This document shows, piece after piece, positions 19,248 through 28,590 of a DNA stretch of 64,000 nt. This DNA comes from an uncultured virus (IMG/VR IMGVR_UViG_3300042374_001628). Lineage: Duplodnaviria > Heunggongvirae > Uroviricota > Caudoviricetes. The position numbers and the translations under genes were made by a program. Numbering within the stretch: position 1 is the stretch's first letter; every line of letters starts with the position of its first letter. The stretch covers positions 1 to 64,000 of the IMG/VR virus record IMGVR_UViG_3300042374_001628. One strand, 5' to 3'. A model generated the notes under the pieces. That model ran no database searches and was not told the origin of the DNA. It worked only from the letters and a program-made list of their open reading frames with translations.

Positions 19248-20471
19248 ATGTCACATCTATTAGAAACTTACAGCTTGCAAACTGGAGCAAAGGCATCAAA
19301 GCCTTTTATAATTAAAAACTTTTTCCCAGTACCAAAAAAGTACATAACCATTCACAATTCTAGCGGAATGGGCGCAAAAAATTATGATCATTTTCAAGAT
19401 GTAATTGATGAGATTTTAGTGAAGTTAAAAGACAATGGTATTGAAATTGTACAAATTGGTGGAGCAGAAGATCTAGCCCTCAATGGATGCGTTCATTTAC
19501 ATGGCAGAACAAATTATCACCAAACCGCATATATCATTCAAAATTCACTCCTTCATATTGGAAATGACAGTTTTCCCGTCCATATCGCATCTGCGGCGGA
19601 CAGGCCCATTATAGCTCTATATAGTATAACCACGCCAAGTATTGCTGGCCCATGCTTTAATTCAAAAGAAATAAATGACTATAAAGTTTTTTGCTTTTCT
19701 CCAGACTATAAAGGCAAAAAGCCATCCTTTAATCCCAACGAAAGTCCAAAAACAATAAATACAATAAATTTTGAAAATATTATTGAAGCAATTGAAAAGA
19801 TATTAAATATCGATACTGGATATAATATAAAAACTATATTCAAAGGGGACAAATATCTTGCAAGAGTTATAGAATTTATTCCAGATACATTGCTTAGACC
19901 AGACTTTGCTGGCGGTAGTTTGATAAACATGAGAGTTGATCTGTGTAACGGCGATATTGATGAAAATTTAATATTTGCAAATTTAAAAAGTAGGAAGTTT
20001 AACATATTTTTAAAAAATTCTAAAAAAATTAAAAATTTGCATATATTGCCTATGTTAAAAGAAAATATTGCTAATATATTCATTGATGTTACTGATGAGG
20101 TGGTAGATATTGAATACATATCATCATTAGTAAATTATGGAATAAAACCAACAATATTATATACTGGAGAAGATGAAGATTATTTTAACGAAATTAAAAT
20201 AAATTTAATAAATTTTAATTTGAATTTTATAAAATACTCTCCACAAAAAATAAAAATAGAGGATATTGTAAAAAATAACAATATTGATAATATTATATTC
20301 AAAACAAATCGCCTCATTTTAAGTTCTGGAAAATTATACCTTTCCATAGCATCTTACTTAAATGGTCAAAGCTCAAACAGTAATTTTGAAAAATTAAACG
20401 AAATTAAAAACTACAAAGATCTTGACAAAGAATTAGAATTCTGTTATCTTTATATCAAAGAAGATAAATAA
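19248..20471 (+). CDS. GT9 (heptosyltransferase-like) C-terminal half plus unknown domain
   Basis: YITIH, KNYDHF, IVQIGG, TAYIIQNSLLHIGNDSFPVHIASAADRPIIALY. Confidence 0.75.
   Translation: MSHLLETYSLQTGAKASKPFIIKNFFPVPKKYITIHNSSGMGAKNYDHFQDVIDEILVKLKDNGIEIVQIGGAEDLALNGCVHLHGRTNYHQTAYIIQNSLLHIGNDSFPVHIASAADRPIIALYSITTPSIAGPCFNSKEINDYKVFCFSPDYKGKKPSFNPNESPKTINTINFENIIEAIEKILNIDTGYNIKTIFKGDKYLARVIEFIPDTLLRPDFAGGSLINMRVDLCNGDIDENLIFANLKSRKFNIFLKNSKKIKNLHILPMLKENIANIFIDVTDEVVDIEYISSLVNYGIKPTILYTGEDEDYFNEIKINLINFNLNFIKYSPQKIKIEDIVKNNNIDNIIFKTNRLILSSGKLYLSIASYLNGQSSNSNFEKLNEIKNYKDLDKELEFCYLYIKEDK
20422..20450 (+). promoter_or_regulatory. Sigma70-type promoter with extended -10
   Basis: TTGACA-N17-TATCTT with TG one base upstream of the -10; precedes the ATG at 20474. 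Confidence 0.55.
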
Positions 20472-20473
20472 TT

Positions 20474-21250
20474 ATGCCTAAAACATCTCAAAAAACAGAA
20501 ACAGTCGTAGTCAATTCAGATAGCAATCCTACTGTAGATAGTGATTCGAAAATTTTTTCTAGAAATGAAAGTGGTCTTTTAAATAATACCAAATATAAAT
20601 ACAGCGACGATGGAACAATTAACTGGAAATCCATGGTTAAACCAGAATTCTTAGTCCCAAACAAGGATAAATTTACAGCAACAACAGATTTTAATTCTAT
20701 TGACGTAACCCAGCTCGACGACAGTCAGCTTTTAATCCTTCTTGGCGGCATTAAAGATGTTGCTTGCATAAGGGGATTCTCTTCCGTTGATTATGATGTT
20801 ATTACTGCCAGACAGGACTATGTTGCAGTTAAATGTAATATATCTTGGATTGCTAATTATGAAACTGGAATGATACCTGTAAAATTTTCAGCCTTAGCTG
20901 ACGCCCATTTCGAGAATACGAGTGGTTTTGGTAATAAGTTTTTAATGGCAATTGCAGAAAATAGAGCGTTTATTCGCGCAGTTCGTAATTTTCTTAGAAT
21001 TAATATTGTTGGCCAAGACGAAATCGATCCAAAAAAGAAAAATGAAATTATTGAAGAATCCCAACCAACAAATCCAGCTAGTGTTTTAAACAAAGTTATG
21101 TCTGAGGTGGGCTTGAGTTTTGAAACAATAAAGGCAAAGCTTGTAACTGAAAATGATCAAGATGCGGCTGAATGGAATGCAATTTCAGATATTCCCAAAA
21201 AACGAATATTTGAAATTATAGAGAGAATTAAAAGAAAAAATAAAAACTGA
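20474..21250 (+). CDS. Putative single-strand annealing protein (Rad52/Sak-like)
   Basis: VAVKC...ALADA...FLMAIAENRAFIRAVRNFLRI...DEI pattern followed by a helical tail. Confidence 0.5.
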   Translation: MPKTSQKTETVVVNSDSNPTVDSDSKIFSRNESGLLNNTKYKYSDDGTINWKSMVKPEFLVPNKDKFTATTDFNSIDVTQLDDSQLLILLGGIKDVACIRGFSSVDYDVITARQDYVAVKCNISWIANYETGMIPVKFSALADAHFENTSGFGNKFLMAIAENRAFIRAVRNFLRINIVGQDEIDPKKKNEIIEESQPTNPASVLNKVMSEVGLSFETIKAKLVTENDQDAAEWNAISDIPKKRIFEIIERIKRKNKN

Positions 21251-21254
21251 CAAG

Positions 21255-21818
21255 TTATTCGCCTTCACTTGGCAAATCTGGCGGCTTCGAAAACGGTGAA
21301 GGCAAGAACATAAAGCCATCACATGATTGAAAAAGTATTAAATCATTTGTTACGTGTCTTTGAATTTTAAATAAAGTATCATTAAATTCAAAAATAGAGC
21401 CGTCACCATCAAAGCTAGCAAGCGGATAGATACTCAGTATAGGGATCCTTAATGCAACTTGCCCAGACAATGTTTTTGATTGTTCGTCACTATATTCTTG
21501 CATAGATGGATAATTTTCCCACCATTGATTGTTATAATTAAAATTTGCAGCAAATGGATTTCCATTATTAAAAAAAACTTCCAACCAAACCTTCCATAAC
21601 GAATCGCTTGTAACTGGGATAGCAACATCCTTATTGGATATATTTAGAGTACTATCTGCTGACAAACCAATAAAAATATTAGAATTTGTATTGATATTGA
21701 CAGTATTTAATGTTGAAGAGCATATTGGCGCAAATGGTCCAATTTCAGCCCTTTCTGGATATTTTGTGCTGATCCCTGGCGAACCAAATGGCTCATTTTT
21801 TAATATAAAGTTGCTCAT
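21255..21818 (-). CDS. Hypothetical protein, last gene of the tail block
   Basis: 187-aa ORF; position. Confidence 0.6.
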   Translation of the reverse strand: MSNFILKNEPFGSPGISTKYPERAEIGPFAPICSSTLNTVNINTNSNIFIGLSADSTLNISNKDVAIPVTSDSLWKVWLEVFFNNGNPFAANFNYNNQWWENYPSMQEYSDEQSKTLSGQVALRIPILSIYPLASFDGDGSIFEFNDTLFKIQRHVTNDLILFQSCDGFMFLPSPFSKPPDLPSEGE

Positions 21819-21824
21819 AATTAA

Positions 21825-22991
21825 TTATACAACATAGGAGTAATATTCCCTAAAAATATTTATATTAGAACCCAAGATCCCTGTTTTATAAAAATTATTA
21901 CCAGAAATAGAATAGAATGCTGAACCAGTAAAGCCTATATTTTGATTTGGTTGTTCTATCTGCTTGTATACTTCGATTTTTTTATTCTGCTCAAATATAT
22001 TTGGGCTAACATTCATTTTTCCACTATACAATTCGCCTGTTAGCAAAGCATTTTGCCCATCAATTATAAGAGACCAAGATCCGGTAAATGTATCTTGATA
22101 GCCATTTTGATTAATATTATTACCTTCATATCCACTAATAAAAATATACGCTTCTGATGTTTCTTTATCAGTATTTTTGAAAGTAAGATCAAATATAAAA
22201 GATGATCTCAATAATGAATTAGCTTCTGATATGGAAGTTGACGGATTAATACTCAATAATAAATCTTGTGTTGGAGATTTTTTATACCTAGATATAAACA
22301 AATTTCTTCCTATAATTCCAGCATTTGTATGTAAAATTAATGGTATATAAGTATCAACAAATGGAAGTCTATCTTGTATTTGTTCGATATTAAAATTAAA
22401 AATTTGATTTTTATCTATTTTAATTCCAGTTTTCCAATCATTTACTCCAGATATTTGAAAATAAAGTGATTGAATATTATTATTAAAATTACTATTTCTG
22501 CCTATTTCTCCAGAATATAAAATGAATGGGCCATTGTTATTTTTATTTCCAGATATTGTAACTTGCACATTTTCAGTGGAAAAGCCTGAATTTTCATATA
22601 TAAAATCTATAATAGGTAATTCCCCATAAAAAAAGGTTTTAGGAAAAAAATCTTTACTATCCCAACTATATCCTGTTGTCCAATTAAATGAGAACCCACT
22701 GGCTTTTCCAAAATTTCCAGTTTTTGAATAAATGTATTGATCGTTTAAAAATATATTAAAATAATTTTCAGAATAATTTCCTGAAATATTTACAATACTT
22801 TGCGGCTGAAAAGAATAAATAAAATTATTTTCATCAAAAATTTTTCCACTAACAAAATTTATATTTAAATTTTGATTTGTATTGGTGACAATTTCAAAAT
22901 TGCCACTCCAATCATTTTGTTCATTATTCCAAAAAAAATTAAATATACAATTTTTTTGCGGATATATATAGTTTGTAAATCCAGTAATCAT
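21825..22991 (-). CDS. Putative tail-associated beta-rich protein, (S/T)G-rich
   Basis: About 19 SG/TG dipeptides in 388 aa; tail-tip position. Confidence 0.55.
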   Translation of the reverse strand: MITGFTNYIYPQKNCIFNFFWNNEQNDWSGNFEIVTNTNQNLNINFVSGKIFDENNFIYSFQPQSIVNISGNYSENYFNIFLNDQYIYSKTGNFGKASGFSFNWTTGYSWDSKDFFPKTFFYGELPIIDFIYENSGFSTENVQVTISGNKNNNGPFILYSGEIGRNSNFNNNIQSLYFQISGVNDWKTGIKIDKNQIFNFNIEQIQDRLPFVDTYIPLILHTNAGIIGRNLFISRYKKSPTQDLLLSINPSTSISEANSLLRSSFIFDLTFKNTDKETSEAYIFISGYEGNNINQNGYQDTFTGSWSLIIDGQNALLTGELYSGKMNVSPNIFEQNKKIEVYKQIEQPNQNIGFTGSAFYSISGNNFYKTGILGSNINIFREYYSYVV

Positions 22992-25261
22992 GAAAATGTA
23001 TTAGATGTATTGTTTCTTTTTGAAGAAGTTATTATCCTAAAAGATTTTGGACGTATAGGTATTTCTTTATATGAGTAAGAAACTCTAAGACCCCTGCTAT
23101 CTAAAGATGCGCTTAAAGACTCTAAACCAGGGACAATTGGCAGGAAAAAACCATCACATTCCGCAGACAGAGTAGATAGCCATTTTTGACCATTTCCACC
23201 AATAGCCGCAGGAACTTCAAAAGAAGTAGATGGTTCATTTTCATTTGGCGTCACATCGGTTACGATAACACTGTGCGATAGCCCATAATCGCTATTGACT
23301 GGACCAGAAAATCCCCAAGAATTTATAGCCTGAGCATATCCAGTTTGATTAGATGAGGAATATTCGCTTTTTATGGTTCTAATCGCTTTAAAGCTAGCAA
23401 GTGATGGCATAACTACCTTTATTGACTTTCCATTACAATCAATAGAGTAAGATTTTCCTCTGGCATGCTCTAATCCTGGAGATAATTCTGCTGAATTTTC
23501 GGAACCATTATTAATTACAACATCACGATTTGCATTAATTAAATTTGGAACAATATCTGCGCATTCATCAACTATATCAGGCTTGTCTTGAGGCGGAACA
23601 GGATCAAGTATTGCATTTGGGTCCTCATAATCATAAACTTCTGTTAAGTCATTTGGATTTTCAGATTCAGATGCTGAAGTAATAGTAATATTATATCTTG
23701 GTCGCTTTACAAATATAATAACCTTTCCATCTTCTTCTATTTGCTTTCTTAATCTTTCCCCAGAAGATACGTAACCCCCAGACTCTTCATTGTTAGTAGT
23801 CGGTGCAACTAAAGTAACTGGAGTGCCTTCTTGGGGGAGGCTTTTTTGGTCATAAATTTGACATATTAAATCATGAGAAACTGTTTTAATACAATCTTCA
23901 ACTGCCTGAGCAAAATCTGCCGCCTCAACATCTCCAGAAACATGCTCGCTTACACTGCGCCAATAGCCCTTTCTAACAATATTATTTTGATCTTCAAATG
24001 TGCTATTGTATGGATTTTTGCCTCTCTGTGAAGGGGGTGGATTAAAAGAAGTTTGTATTTTTTTAAAATTAAACTCGTCTCCACCAGAGCCATTAAAATC
24101 GTAAGATTCATCATAAGGATAATACAATTCTTGAGTATATTCCTTTGATTGAATATTATTATTCAAAGGATATGCCAAATAAAAATCACCATCTCCATCA
24201 ATATTTAAATATTTAAATATTGCATCTCGAAAATTAGTATTTTTTGAATCAAAATTAAAGTTTGTTGATAAAAAATTTCTCCATTTTGGATCTGTAAGAT
24301 TTAAAGACATTTCAATTTTAGATAATACATTATAGCCTAATTTTCTATAGTCTCCATTTGTTAATGCATTATAAACTGATAATGATGGGCAAACTTTTTC
24401 TAAAACTTCATTATCGGTTGGAAAATTTGGGTGAAGAATTGGAGAAATTGAAACATGCTTATTATCTGTAATATTTAACGCAGCTTCTTGGGTTTGTTTA
24501 GTTGGCCATCTTTCAAAAAACCAAGATGATTGAGAAGATACCCCATCTCTAGTCGCTCCATAATCAAGAGACAAAATCCCACAACCTCCTTGAGGAACAT
24601 TAATTCTTATAGAGCCATTTTTTATAGCAACTATTTCATCTTTTCTCCAGTCCCACCACCATCCAATTCCCACATCTGAATAAATACCACCTAAAACACT
24701 TCTGTATGTTCCTTCATAAGAGCACCTTAAATTTTCAGAAATTTTAGGCGCACCAATTATAGCTAATGCTTGATTTGCATTATATGTGACATTGCTAGAG
24801 TCACATGGGTTTGATGACCACTCTTCCTGCCCCAAACCTCCAGCCGAATAGCCAGCCTGTCTTTGCACAACTATATTTAAATTTTTAACTCCAAAACTAA
24901 AACTAACTCTTCCCCTATCATAGCTCGCATTTACTGCTGGAACACTTACGGTTTTTGCTATATTAATTGGCCTTCCGCCAAGCCCTCTTCTAAATAAAAC
25001 TATGCATTTTTGATCAAGAGTTATAGAATTATCTATATACTCATAAGTTGTTAAAAATTTTCCTTGTTCTTTATGCGTAGAATAAGAAATTAGCTGCCCA
25101 ATAAATTCTATACCACCAATGCCGCCGATATTAGATCGATTAAATCCACGATCGCCCAATGTAGTAACTGATAATTTTGCTGGAGAATCGCTAACAGAAG
25201 CGCTTAAAGATAGCGAAACTATATCTTTATTTGCTCCAATACTTCTTATTTGAATAGCCAT
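22988..25261 (-). CDS. Putative tail tip / baseplate hub protein
   Basis: Downstream of the tape measure; SLSLSASVSDSPAKLSV and YEGTYRSVL...GIGWWWDW hub-like segments. Confidence 0.5.
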   Translation of the reverse strand: MAIQIRSIGANKDIVSLSLSASVSDSPAKLSVTTLGDRGFNRSNIGGIGGIEFIGQLISYSTHKEQGKFLTTYEYIDNSITLDQKCIVLFRRGLGGRPINIAKTVSVPAVNASYDRGRVSFSFGVKNLNIVVQRQAGYSAGGLGQEEWSSNPCDSSNVTYNANQALAIIGAPKISENLRCSYEGTYRSVLGGIYSDVGIGWWWDWRKDEIVAIKNGSIRINVPQGGCGILSLDYGATRDGVSSQSSWFFERWPTKQTQEAALNITDNKHVSISPILHPNFPTDNEVLEKVCPSLSVYNALTNGDYRKLGYNVLSKIEMSLNLTDPKWRNFLSTNFNFDSKNTNFRDAIFKYLNIDGDGDFYLAYPLNNNIQSKEYTQELYYPYDESYDFNGSGGDEFNFKKIQTSFNPPPSQRGKNPYNSTFEDQNNIVRKGYWRSVSEHVSGDVEAADFAQAVEDCIKTVSHDLICQIYDQKSLPQEGTPVTLVAPTTNNEESGGYVSSGERLRKQIEEDGKVIIFVKRPRYNITITSASESENPNDLTEVYDYEDPNAILDPVPPQDKPDIVDECADIVPNLINANRDVVINNGSENSAELSPGLEHARGKSYSIDCNGKSIKVVMPSLASFKAIRTIKSEYSSSNQTGYAQAINSWGFSGPVNSDYGLSHSVIVTDVTPNENEPSTSFEVPAAIGGNGQKWLSTLSAECDGFFLPIVPGLESLSASLDSRGLRVSYSYKEIPIRPKSFRIITSSKRNNTSNTFS

Positions 25262-25272
25262 AAATTGAAAAA

Positions 25273-27057
25273 TTACAGATTATAAATGATTACACCAGTA
25301 TTGTAGGTTATTATATCAATTTCATCGCTTTTTTCTACTTCTTGATAATCAAATCCAAGATAAAGCCTTTGCCCGTTTAGCCAAATCATGGATGTTTTTT
25401 TATTAAAATTAAATGGTACTAAAAAATAAGAACCAGAAGTGTTTTTAATATTATAAGTACCAAAGCCTAATGTATTTTTTTGAACTGTTAATACATTATA
25501 GTTTCCACTTATATTTCTTAATATCGTATTGGTACCACTGTAATCAATTCCAGAATTTAAAAGTTGACCATTTAAAAAAACAAATGAATTATTAAAATTT
25601 AAACTTGATATATTATTGCCACTATTTATCTGCCCAGTCATTAACAGTTCAGATTTTGGCCAAAAATCAATAAGTGAATTATTTTGATTTATAAAACCAT
25701 AATTTGAATTACTAAATATTTTATTTCCAGAAATAAAGTAATCTTCTGATGGTAAATAGTTAATATTTCCACTTTGAATAAGCTCATCATATCCAGAAGA
25801 TCTCGTTTGCAATTGCCCATTATAGTATAATCCAGAAAAATCTTCGCCTATAATGCTATCATATCCATAAGAATTATCTGCATTAATATAATAAAGATTT
25901 GTGAAGTTTATTCCCGCATCAATTCCAGAATATCCATATATTGATAAAATATCATTAGGATCGATATTAAATGATAAAGATATAGCATTTTGATAATTAT
26001 AAATATATTCTGGCCGAGATACAAATGCGGAATTATTAGTAATTGAATATTCGATATAATAACCAGAATCATATTCAAATACATTTGTTCCAGTAAATAC
26101 ACTTGAGCAAAGTGAAAATAAATTTTGTCCACTAGAATATCCTAAAAAATAACCAGTAAAAACTTTTTGAGCGAATTGATTGAAAATCTCATTATTAAAA
26201 TCTAAAAATGATTCGTGTGTTGCAAAATATTCTCCACTACCAGTACTTAATACAATCTCATTCAGCACGCCACTTGATTGAGCAGAGCACTGTGTTATTT
26301 TTATAATATCGCCATTTAATATGCCAGTTTGTCCAGAGATAGCGCCAGTAATAGTATTTGAATTAATAGATGAAATAATGCCACTAACAAATTCATTTTC
26401 AAATATGGAAGAGCTTAAATAATCTGAATTGTAAATAAATATTTCAGCAACTTCAGCAGATAAAAATCTTCCAGATGGCAAGCTTTGACTTCCTCCAATA
26501 TAATAATTATTTGATTTTTTAAAATTTTCATCAAGTGGAGCAAATATTTTTTGAAACGAATTAGATTCTGCATCAAATAAGCCCATTGAAATAGAATTCG
26601 ATCCATTAATAGAAAAGCTTACAATTCCAGTTTTATTTGCTTTTAAGCTGTGGCATACAGTAATAGGCCCATAAATTTTATGAGCGTATTCAAAATATGG
26701 ATAGCCAGCATAGTTTATTCCAAAATTGATTCCGGAATCATAATTATAATTTGCAAAAAAAACATTGTCAGATTTTGCATTCCCTAATTTATACGCAAAA
26801 ATAAAAGATAAAGAATCTCCACTAAAATAATTTAATTTGGCATAGCTTTGGCCATCAAAACTTGCAAATCCAGATTTCGTCCAAAAATTTCCAGAATTTA
26901 CCAGCTGTAATTGTTCAGCGCGACTTGTCCAGCTTTCGCTTGGAATATTAATTAGCCCAGATATTCCAGTATTAGAAAAATCAAAATAACCAACTATCTG
27001 CTCCGTAGATAGATTTTCATTTTTATCAAAAAAATATTTCATTGAATTTGCTGGCAT
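25273..27057 (-). CDS. Putative tail protein with LamG/ConA-like N-terminal domain and three NGQ repeats
   Basis: FDGQSY...YIGG...VAEIFIYN; YYNGQLQ, FLNGQLL...GIDY, WLNGQRL...GFDY; about 31 SG/TG; TAATG-coupled start at 27057. Confidence 0.6.
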   Translation of the reverse strand: MPANSMKYFFDKNENLSTEQIVGYFDFSNTGISGLINIPSESWTSRAEQLQLVNSGNFWTKSGFASFDGQSYAKLNYFSGDSLSFIFAYKLGNAKSDNVFFANYNYDSGINFGINYAGYPYFEYAHKIYGPITVCHSLKANKTGIVSFSINGSNSISMGLFDAESNSFQKIFAPLDENFKKSNNYYIGGSQSLPSGRFLSAEVAEIFIYNSDYLSSSIFENEFVSGIISSINSNTITGAISGQTGILNGDIIKITQCSAQSSGVLNEIVLSTGSGEYFATHESFLDFNNEIFNQFAQKVFTGYFLGYSSGQNLFSLCSSVFTGTNVFEYDSGYYIEYSITNNSAFVSRPEYIYNYQNAISLSFNIDPNDILSIYGYSGIDAGINFTNLYYINADNSYGYDSIIGEDFSGLYYNGQLQTRSSGYDELIQSGNINYLPSEDYFISGNKIFSNSNYGFINQNNSLIDFWPKSELLMTGQINSGNNISSLNFNNSFVFLNGQLLNSGIDYSGTNTILRNISGNYNVLTVQKNTLGFGTYNIKNTSGSYFLVPFNFNKKTSMIWLNGQRLYLGFDYQEVEKSDEIDIITYNTGVIIYNL

Positions 27058-28589
27058 TAGTTTTCCTCCCAAGTAATTTGAAATGATATTCTCCCATCAG
27101 AAGTTTCATTTGTGAATGTTTTAGTTTTTATAATTGTCATCGCGTATCTGTTAGCAATTGATTCTATATATGCTTTGGCTTTAGCAGAATTTCCAACCTC
27201 TACTTCCATTTGACCGTCAAACGATACAGTGGTTTTAGATCTATGCGTGCCATAAGCTGCCCAATCACTACAAAGTGGTTGTACAAATTCATATTGCTGC
27301 AATCCATATGTTTTAGTGACTGTATAGGAAATATTTTTTATGTAACAAGGCAAAGATGCATTTATTGGATTTATATCCCAAGATATTGAATAAGATAATG
27401 ACCCATCTATCTGATTTTCAGATAGCGATTCTGAGCTTTGCTTGAAATGAGTAACATTAAAATCATTATTTAACCCAGTAATATTCTTACGAAATTCTTG
27501 CATTGGATTAAAAGAATTTTGGAAAAAGTTATTTACTTGCGCAAGTCTTTCTGTTGGATTTCCAACCCTACATCTTATATTAGAATTTAAAGATGCAGAA
27601 TTTTCCGAATCACCTCCATAACCAATATTATAAGTAGCTGTCGAATCTATATATATAATTGGACTATTATCATTATTGAATGTAACTGAAAATGAAATTT
27701 GCTTATTTGATAAATCTTCATCTACGCCAGAGTTTACATAAATACTATTTAGATCTCCAGAATTTGTACATCCGCTATAAATATCAAAAGTTAAATTCCA
27801 CAAGTTCAGACTTTTATACCTATTTCTTATCAAATCCATTGATCCACTTATGCCAGCATTTAATGTTCCATTGATTGTTGCTGTGGAAAAATTAAATTTA
27901 TCATACCCAATATCAACAGAATATCTTAATAATCCATTTCCCGTTTGTGACTGATCAATCGTATAATTTTCAATCCATTGACAGTTGCCATTCATTCTAT
28001 CCATTGTTTCGGATATAGAATTTAATATTGGAAAAGATTGTTGATTTATTTTTATAAAAGCTGTGCTTGGAATATTTTTTAGTCCAGTTCTGGAGTAAAC
28101 AAAATTTGTAGCATTTTTAATTGCTGGCAAGTTTGAATTAATACCAACAGCAGAAACCCTATGTGTAAGAGATAGCGTTCCGTCATTATTTTCAACAAAT
28201 TCAAAAGAATCTTCCGGCTCTTTAACAAAAAATTGCCCACTAAAAATATCAGAATCAAATGCTTCAATTTCTACTGTATAAGGCAAAATAAAAGCATAGT
28301 TTGACTCATCAAAGTTTACACCCCTAATTAAAGCATAATCTGATTTAAAAATATCAGAACCATTTTCCTTAATCTGAAATCTTTTAAAATTTTGTGAAAA
28401 ATTATTTATTAATGCATTTTGCTTTCCAACCATTCCAGAATAATCAGTCCCGCACCCAACTATTTCACCTACAAGAGAAAATGATTTGTTTGAGCCCCAC
28501 CACCCATCAAATTCTTGAGAATATGAAACAAATGGCGTATATGAAACCCCACTAAAAGCATTTTTATTATTATACCAAATTTCGTTCAT
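27057..28589 (-). CDS. Putative distal tail protein, paralog of 28591..30147
   Basis: Position after the tape measure; shared motifs with the neighbouring gene. Confidence 0.55.
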   Translation of the reverse strand: MNEIWYNNKNAFSGVSYTPFVSYSQEFDGWWGSNKSFSLVGEIVGCGTDYSGMVGKQNALINNFSQNFKRFQIKENGSDIFKSDYALIRGVNFDESNYAFILPYTVEIEAFDSDIFSGQFFVKEPEDSFEFVENNDGTLSLTHRVSAVGINSNLPAIKNATNFVYSRTGLKNIPSTAFIKINQQSFPILNSISETMDRMNGNCQWIENYTIDQSQTGNGLLRYSVDIGYDKFNFSTATINGTLNAGISGSMDLIRNRYKSLNLWNLTFDIYSGCTNSGDLNSIYVNSGVDEDLSNKQISFSVTFNNDNSPIIYIDSTATYNIGYGGDSENSASLNSNIRCRVGNPTERLAQVNNFFQNSFNPMQEFRKNITGLNNDFNVTHFKQSSESLSENQIDGSLSYSISWDINPINASLPCYIKNISYTVTKTYGLQQYEFVQPLCSDWAAYGTHRSKTTVSFDGQMEVEVGNSAKAKAYIESIANRYAMTIIKTKTFTNETSDGRISFQITWEEN

Positions 28590-28590
28590 A

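Noticed and set aside
8645..20471. Glycosyltransferases as DNA hypermodification enzymes
   Set aside because: No base hydroxymethylase or similar recognised here, and the families resemble surface-glycan enzymes; not excluded for the rest of the genome
21250..21255. Bidirectional terminator at the convergent gene junction
   Set aside because: Only 4 bp separate the stops and no convincing stem with a T-tract was seen
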